Assembly: GCA_964016885.1 (NCBI GenBank)
Contig: OZ024742.1
Location: 182,156,001 to 182,220,000 of the forward strand
Direction: 5' to 3'
Length of the DNA stretch: 64,000 bases
From: Eledone cirrhosa
Lineage: Eukaryota
Position numbers and translations under genes: made by a program. Shown one piece after another: positions 55,501 to 64,000 of the stretch (position 1 is the first letter of the stretch; the number at the start of each line of letters is the position of its first letter). The notes below the pieces were generated by a model. It saw nothing but the letters and a program-made list of their open reading frames with translations. It was not told where the DNA came from and did no database searches.

Positions 55501-58500
55501 ATATAACTACAGAGCAATAAAACCACACAACTATACTGCAGAACTATATAACTACATAACTACAGAACAACACAACCACACCACTATACTACAGAACTAC
55601 ATAACTACAGCCCAATACAACCACACAACTATACGACAGAACTACAGAACTACATAACTACAGAACAACACAACCACACAACTATACTACAGAACTATAT
55701 AAATACAAAACAATACAACCACACAACTCTACTACAGAACTACAGCCCAACACAATCAAACAACTATGTCTACAGCCCAACACAATACCTCAATTATACT
55801 ACAGTAATACAGAACTACATACTACAAAACAACACAAGAGCACAACTATACTACAGAACGACATAACTAATGAACAACACAACCACGCAACTATACTACA
55901 GAACTACATAACTACAGAACAACACAACCAAAAAACTATACTACAGAACTGCATAACTAGAGAACACCACAACCACACAGCCATACTACAGAACAACACA
56001 GCCAGACAACCATACTACAGAACAACGCCATCACAAAAGTATACTAAAGAACTATATAACTACAGAACAACACAACCACACAACTATACTACAGAACTAC
56101 ATAACTACAGAACAATACAACCACGCAACTATACTACAGAACTACATAACTAGAGAACACCACAACCACACAACCATACTACAGAACAACACAGCCAGAC
56201 AACTATACTACAGAACTACATAACTACAGAACAATACAACCACACAACCATACTACAGAACTACATAACTACAGAACAACACAACCACACAACTATACTA
56301 CAGAACTACATAACTACAGAACAACACAACCACACGACTATACTACAGAACTACATAACTACAGAACAATACAACCACACAACCATGCTACAGAACTACA
56401 TAACTACAGAACAACACACCCACACAACTATACTACAGAACTACATAACTACAGAACACCACAACCACACAACCATACTACAGAACAACATAACCACACA
56501 ACTATACTACAGAACAAGGCCATCACAAAAGTATACTAAAGAACTATATATCTACAGAACAACACAACCACACAACTATACTACAGAACTATATAACTAC
56601 AGAACAACACAGCCACACAACTATACTAAAGAACTATATAACTACAGAACAACACAACCACACAACTATACTACAGAACAAGGCCATCACAAAAGTATAC
56701 TAAAGAACTATATAACTACAGAACCACACAAATATACTACAGAACTACAGAACTACAGAACAACACAACCACACAACTATACGACAGAACTACAGAACTA
56801 CCTAAATACAGAACGACACAAACCCACAACTATACTACAGAAATATATAACTACAGAACAATACAACCACACAACTATACTACAGAACTACATAACTACA
56901 TGGCAACAAAACCAAACAACCATACTACAGAACAACACAATCAGAAAAGTATACTACAGATCTATATAACTACAGAACAACACAACCACACAACTATACT
57001 ACAGAACTATATAACTACATAACAACACAGCCATACAACTATAATACATAACTACAGCCCAATACAACCACACAACTGTACTACAGATCTATATAACTAC
57101 AGAACAACACAACCACACAACTATACTACAGAACTATATAACTACGGAACAACACAACCACAAAACTCTACTACAGAACTACAGAACTATAAAACTACAG
57201 AACAACACAACCACACAAGTATACTGCAGAAATATATAACTACAAATCAACACAACCACACAACTATACTAAAGAATTATATAACTACAGAACAACACAA
57301 CCACACAACTATACTACATAACTATATAACTACAGAACAATAAAACCACACAACTATAATGTAGAACTATATAACTACAGCCCAACACAACCTAACAACT
57401 ATATACACAGCCCAAAACAACCACACAACTATTCTACAGAACTACATAACTACAGCCCAACACAACCACACACCTATACTAGAGAACTACATAACTACAG
57501 AACAACACAACCACACACCTATACTACAGAACTACATAACTACAGAACAACACAACAACACAACTATACTACAGAACTACATAACTACAGAACAACACAA
57601 CCACACAACTCTACTACAGAACTACAGCCCAACACAACCGCACAATTATACTACTGAAATTTATAACTAAGGAACAACAGAACCACACAACTATACTACA
57701 AAACAACATAACTACAGAACAACACAATCAAACAACTATGTCTACAGCCCAAAACAATACCACAATTATACTACAGTAAAACAGATCTACAGAACTACAG
57801 AACAACACAACCACACAACTATACTACAGAACTACATAACTAAAGAACAACACAACCACACAACTATACTACAGAACTACAGAACTACCTAAATACAGAA
57901 CAACACAACTATACTACAGAACTACATAACTACAGAACAATACAACCACACAACTACACTATAGAACTAGATAACTAGAGAACACCACAACCACTCAACC
58001 ATACTACAGAACAACACAACCACACAACTATACTACAGAACAACGTCATCACAAAAGTATACTAAAGAACTATATAACTACAGAACAACACAACCACACA
58101 ACTATACTACAGAACTACATAACTACAGAACAACACAACCACACAACTATACTACAGAACTATATAACTACAGAACAACACAACCACACAACTATATTAA
58201 AGAACTATATAACTACAGAACAACACAACCACACAACTATACTACAGAACTACATAACTACAGAACAACACAGCCATATAACTATACTACATAATTACAG
58301 CCCAACACAACCACACAACTATACTACGGAATTATATAACTACAGAGCAATAAAACCACACAACTATACTGCAGAACTATATAACTACATAACTACAGAA
58401 CAACACAACCACACCACTATACTACAGAACTACATAACTACAGCCCAATACAACCACACAACTATACTACAGAACTACAGAACTACATAACTACAGAACA

Positions 58501-61500
58501 ACACAACCACACAACTATACTACAGAACTATATAAATACGAAACAATACAACCACACAACTCTACTACAGAACTACAGCCCAACACAATCAAACAACTAT
58601 GTCTACAGCCCAACACAATACCTCAATTATACTACAGTAATACAGAACTACATACTACAAAACAACACAACAACACAACTATACTACAGAACTACATAAC
58701 TAATGAACAACACAACCATGCAACTATACTACAGAACAACACAACCAAAAACTATACTACAGAACTACATAACTAGAGAACACCACAACCACACAACCAT
58801 ATTAGAGAACAACACAGCCAGACAACTATACTACATAACTATATAACTACAGAACAATAAAACCACACAACTACAATGTAGAACTATATAACTACAGCCC
58901 AACACAACCTAACAACTATATACACAGCCCAAAACAACCACACAACTATACTACAGAACTACATAACTACAGAACAACAAAACCAAACAACTATACTACA
59001 GAACTACATAACTACAGCCCAACACAACCACACACCTATACTAGAGAACTACATAACTACAGAACAACACAAACATACAACTATACTACAGAACTACATA
59101 ACTACAGAACAACACAACCACACACCTATACTACAGAACTACATAACTACAGAACAACACAACCACACAACTCTACTACAGAACTACAGCCCAACACAAC
59201 CGCACAATTATACTACTGAAATTTATAACTACAGAACGACACAACCACACAACTTTACTACAAAACAACATAACTACAGAACAACACAATCAAACAACTA
59301 TGTCTACAGCCCCAAACAATACCACAATTATACTACAGTGATACAGATCTACAGAACTACAGAACAACACATCCACACAACTATACTACAGAACTACATA
59401 ACTAAAGAACAAAACAACCACACAACTATACTACAGAACTATATATCTACAGAACAACACAACCACACAACTCTACTACAGAACTCCATACCTACAGCCC
59501 AACACAACCACACAACAATACTACAGAACTATGTTACTACAGGACAACACAACCACAAAAGTATACTAAAGAAATATATAAATACAGAACAACACAACCG
59601 CACAACTATACTACAGAAATACATAACTAAAGAACAACACAACCACACATCTATACTACAGAACTACATAACTACAGAACAATACAACCACACAACTATA
59701 CTACAGAACTAGATAACTAGAGAACACCACAACCACACAACCATACTACAGAACAACACAACCACACCACTATACTACAGAACAACGTCATCACAAACGT
59801 ATACTAAAGAACTATATAACTACAGAACAACACAACCACACAACTATACTACAGAACTACGTAGCGACAGAACAACACAACCACACAACTATACTGCAGA
59901 ACTATATAACTACAGAACAACACAACCACACAACTATACTAAAGAACTATATAACTACAGAAAAACACAACCACACAACTATACTACAGAACTACATAAC
60001 TACAGAAGAACACAGCCATATAACTATACTACATAATTACAGCCCAACACAACCACAAAACTATACTACAGAACTATATAACTACAGAAGAACATAACCA
60101 CACAACTATACTACAGAACTATATAACTACAGAACAACCCAAGCAGAAATCTATACTGAACAACTATATAATTACAGAACAGCACAACCACACAACTATA
60201 CTACATAACTCAATAACTACAGACACAACACAACCACACAACTATAATACAGAACTACAGAACTACCTAACTACAGCACAACATAACCACACAACTATAC
60301 TACGGAATTATATAACTACAGAGCAATAAAACCACACAACTATACTGCAGAACTATATAACTACATAACTACAGAACAACACAGCCACACCACTATACTA
60401 CAGAACTACATAACTACAGCACAATACAACCACACAACTATACTACAGAACTACAGAACTACATAACTACAGAACAACACAACCACACAACTATACTACA
60501 GAACTATATAAATACAAAACAATACAACCACACAACTCTACTACAGAACTACAGCCCAACACAATGAAACAACTATGTCTACAGCCCAACACAATACCTC
60601 AATTATACTACAGTAATACAGAACTACATACTACAAAACAACACAACAACAAAACTATACTACAGAACTACATAACTAATGAACAACACAACCAAGCAAC
60701 TATACTACAGAAGTACATAACTACAGAACAACACAACCAAAAACTATACTACAGAACTACATAACTAGAGAACACCACAACCACACAACCATACTACAGA
60801 ACAACACAGCCAGACAACCATACTACAGAACAACGCCATCACAAAAGTATACTAAAGAACTATATAACTAGAGAACACCACAACCACACAACTATACTAC
60901 AGAACTACATAACTACAGAACAATACAACCACACAACTATACTACAGAACTAGATAACTAGAGAACACCACAACCACACAACCATACTACAGAACAACAC
61001 AGCCAGACAACTATACTACAGAACTACATAACTACAGAACAATACAAACACACAACCATACTACAGAACTACATAACTACAGAACAACACAACCACACAA
61101 CTATACTACAGAACTACATAACTACAGAACAACACAACCACACAACTATACTACAGAACTAGATAACTAGAGAACACCACAAACACACAACCATACTACA
61201 GAACAACATAACCACACAACTATTCTACAGAACAAGGCCATCACAAAAGTATACTAAAGAACTATATAACTACAGAACAACACAACCACACAACTATACT
61301 ACAGAACTACATAACTACAGAACAACACAACCACACAACTACACTACAGAACTACAGAACTACCTAAATACAGAACAACACAATCCCACAACTATACTAC
61401 AGAAATATATAACTACAGAACAATACAACCACACAACTATACTACAGAACTACATAACTACAGAACAACACAACCATACAACTATACTACATAGCTACAA

Positions 61501-64000
61501 CCCAACACAACCACACAACTGTACTATAGAACTATATGACTACAGAACAACACGACCACACAGCTATACTACAGTACAATAGAACTACATAACTACAGAA
61601 CAACACAACCACACAACTATACTACAGAACTATATAACTACAGAACAAAACAACCCCACAACTATACAAAAGAACTATATAATTACAGAACAACCCAACC
61701 ACACAACTATACTACAGAACTATATAACTACAGAACAACACAACCACACAACTACAATACAGAACTACAGAACTACTTAATTACAGAACAACTATAATAC
61801 AGAACTACAGATCTACCTAACTACAGAATAACACAACCACTCAACTATACTACATAATTATATAACTACAGAAAAATAAAACCACACAACTATACTGCAG
61901 AATATTTAACTACAGCCCAACACGACCACACAACTACACTACAGAACTACATAACTACAGCCCAACACAACCACACAACTCTACTACTGAACTACAGAAC
62001 TACGTAACTACAGAAAAAAACAACCAAACAACTATACTACAGAACTCTATAACTATAGAACAACACAAGCACACAACTACACTACAGAACTATATAACTA
62101 TAGAACAACACAACCACACAACTATACCACAGAATAACATAACTACAGAAGAACACAACCAAACAACTATGTACACAGCCCTACACAACCACACAACTAT
62201 ACTACAGAACTACATAACTACATGGCAACAAAAACAAACAACCATACTACAGAACAACACAATCAGAAAAGTATACTAAAGAACTATATAACTACAGAAC
62301 AACACAACCACACAACTATACTACAGAACTTCATAACTACAGAACAACACAACCACACAACTATACTACAGAACTACATAACTACATAACAACACAGCCA
62401 TACAACTATAATACATAACTACAGCCCAATACAACCACACAACTGTACTACAGAACTATATAACTACAGATCAACACAACCACACAACTATACTACAGAA
62501 CTATATAACTACAGAACAACACAACCACACAAGTATACTGCAAATATATATAACTACAAAACAACACAACCACACAACTATACTACATAACTATATAACT
62601 ACAGAACAACACAACCACACAACTATACTACAGAATTATATAACTACAGAACAATAAAACCACACAACTATACTGTAGAACTATATAACTACAACCCAAC
62701 ACAACCAAACAACTATATACACAGCCCAAAACAACCACACAACTATTCTACAGAACTACATAACTACAGAACAACACAACCTAACAACTATACTACTGAA
62801 CTACATAAGAACAGAACAACATAACAACACAAATATACTACAGAACTACATAACTACAGAACAAAACACCCACAACTATACTACAGAACTACATAACTAC
62901 AGAACAACACAACCACACACCTATACTACAGAACTACATAACTACAGAACAACACAACCACACAACTCTACTACAGAACTACAGCCCAACAGAACCACAC
63001 AAGTATACTACAGAACTACATAACTACAGAACAACACAACCACACAACTCTACTACAGAACTACAGAACAACACAACCACACAACTATGTCTACAGCCCA
63101 AAACAATACCACAATTATACTACAGTAATACAGATCTACAGAACTACGGAACAACACAACCACACAACTATACTACAGAACTACATAACTAAAGAACAAA
63201 ACAACCACACAACTATACTACAGAACTATATATCTACAGAACAACACAACCACACAACTCTACTACAGAACTCCATAACTACAGCCCAACACAACCACAC
63301 AACAATACTACAGAACTATGTTACTACAGTACAACACAACCACAAAAGTATACTAAAGAAATATATAAATACAGAACAACACAACCGCACAACTATACTA
63401 CAAAAATACATAACTAAAGAACAACACAATCACACAACTATACTACAGAACTATATAACTACAGAACAACACAACTACACAATTATACTACAGAACTATA
63501 TAACTACTGAACAACACAACCACGCAACTATACTAAAGAACTATATAACTACAGAACAACACAACCACACAACTATAATACAGAACTACAGCCCAACACA
63601 ACCACACAACTATACTACAGAACTACATAACTACAGAACAACAAAACCAAACAACCATACTACAAAACAACACAATCACAAAAGTATACTAAGGAACTAT
63701 ATAACTACAGAATAACACAAACACACAACTATACTACAGAACTATATAACTGCAGAACAACACAACCACACAACAATACTACAGAACTATATAACTACAG
63801 AACAACCCAACCCCACAACTATACTACAGAACTATATAACTACAGAACAACACAACCACACAACTATACTAAAGAACAATATAACTACAGAACAACACAA
63901 CGACACAACTATACTACATAACTCTATAACTACAGGACAACACAACGACACAACTATAATACAGAACTACAGAACTACCTAACTACAGAACAACACAACA
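52540..64000. repeat. 45-bp satellite array (consensus CTACAGAACTACATAACTACAGAACAACACAACCACACAACTATA), continuing past the window end
   Basis: Seen directly; unit = five 8-mers CNACANAA plus CTATA. Confidence 0.97.
53515..53702 (-). mobile_element. SINE family A inserted in the satellite
   Basis: Flanking duplication CTACAGAACTATATAAT (53498-53514 / 53703-53719). Confidence 0.9.

Noticed and set aside
52566-60764. ORFs with the 15-aa repeat LQNYITTEQHNHTTI as a repetitive protein
   Set aside because: The frame is open only because the unit is 45 bp. Variants gain or lose 8-bp submotifs and introduce stops, so the frame is not preserved.
52540-64000. CRISPR array or telomeric repeat
   Set aside because: No unique spacers, eukaryotic context, and no TTAGGG-type unit.

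Overview
This is eukaryotic, repeat-saturated, essentially gene-free DNA with one 200-N assembly gap (14342-14541). The tRNA-derived SINE families, long (TA)n/(TACA)n tracts and element mix suggest an octopod cephalopod; this is inferred from recalled SINE sequence and was not checked. Contents: a decayed near-full-length Helitron (1851-7697, minus); five Penelope-like retroelement (PLE) copies with RT and/or GIY-YIG coding sequence; a near-complete RTE-clade LINE split by a twin-priming 5' inversion (40231-43553); about 12 SINEs; and a >11 kb 45-bp satellite running off the right end. The main signal, invisible in the ORF track, is RNA-level. I read about 27 type I hammerhead-ribozyme (HHR) motifs in the first 51 kb, roughly 20 well formed, from over a dozen unrelated sequence families. 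Some lie in PLE 3' pseudo-LTRs. Others lie in small non-coding tandem units of 466, 523 and 595 bp that look like retrozyme-type elements. Several have non-canonical cores (U3:A8, GCAA) or very long stem II inserts. Most of these elements sit in (TA)n tracts, and many carry a 5' inverted duplication that creates a long palindrome. All folds were read by eye, not computed. Most (YI)n, (HT)n and (CV)n ORFs in the track are microsatellite artefacts.
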